DNA of 63,566 nucleotides, counting the filler, from Octopus bimaculoides (taxonomy: Eukaryota): NCBI RefSeq assembly GCF_001194135.2. It is 5 parts of 5 records of this genome, joined end to end, with 100 filler letters (N's around TTAATTAATTAA, not from the genome) between each part and the next. Parts side by side here need not be neighbours in the genome. Positions count along the whole stretch, not along the records: positions 60,931 to 63,566 come from NC_068989.1; 4 more parts are not named here. One strand, 5' to 3'. A program made the position numbers and the translations under genes. The notes beneath the pieces are model-generated. The model saw only the letters and a list, made by a program, of their open reading frames with translations. It did not search any database and was not told where the DNA came from. Within the stretch, counting starts at the first letter, position 1, and each line of letters starts with the position of its first letter. Below are positions 63,476 to 63,566 of the stretch, piece by piece.

Positions 63476-63566
63476 CTGTCCATGCACAGGGGCCATCCGG
63501 ACTCCCGTTTGCGCCGTGAACAGGGATTAATCTTCTATCTTCGCTCCTTTGCGCCACATGGGCTCA
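63476..63566 (+). mobile_element. Penelope-like element GIY-YIG endonuclease C-terminus, 5'-truncated and running off the window
   Basis: LSMHRGHPDSRLRREQGLIFYLRSFAPHGL resembles the Penelope C-terminal pattern LxxHxG...SRxxxEQxxIFxxxTLxPxGxN. Confidence 0.65.

Overview
AT-rich (TA/CA/GATA/AAT microsatellite-laden) eukaryotic scaffold with many N gaps. The repeat families and gap style suggest an Octopus-type cephalopod assembly (inference). No complete gene and no prokaryotic-type system is visible, and the long ORFs in the track are artefacts of microsatellites and N runs. The window is mostly intron/intergenic DNA filled with at least four tRNA-headed SINE families (about 35 copies), a decayed irritans-type mariner, mariner- and piggyBac-like MITEs, and 3' fragments of Dong/R4, CR1/Jockey-type and Tx1-like LINEs. 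A few short exon-like segments suggest a sparse minus-strand gene; the best is 49817-49882. The most interesting signal is a Penelope-like element/hammerhead ribozyme set. It includes a 625-bp head-to-head palindrome (39201-39825) whose arms each carry a tRNA-type Pol III promoter followed by a minimal type I hammerhead ribozyme. It also includes a second hammerhead-like motif with an atypical core (33274-33311), a sister copy that begins at the predicted cleavage site (61321), and a GIY-YIG C-terminus at the window end. Three further fold-backs lie at 12042-12229, 22925-23098 and 30841-30886.
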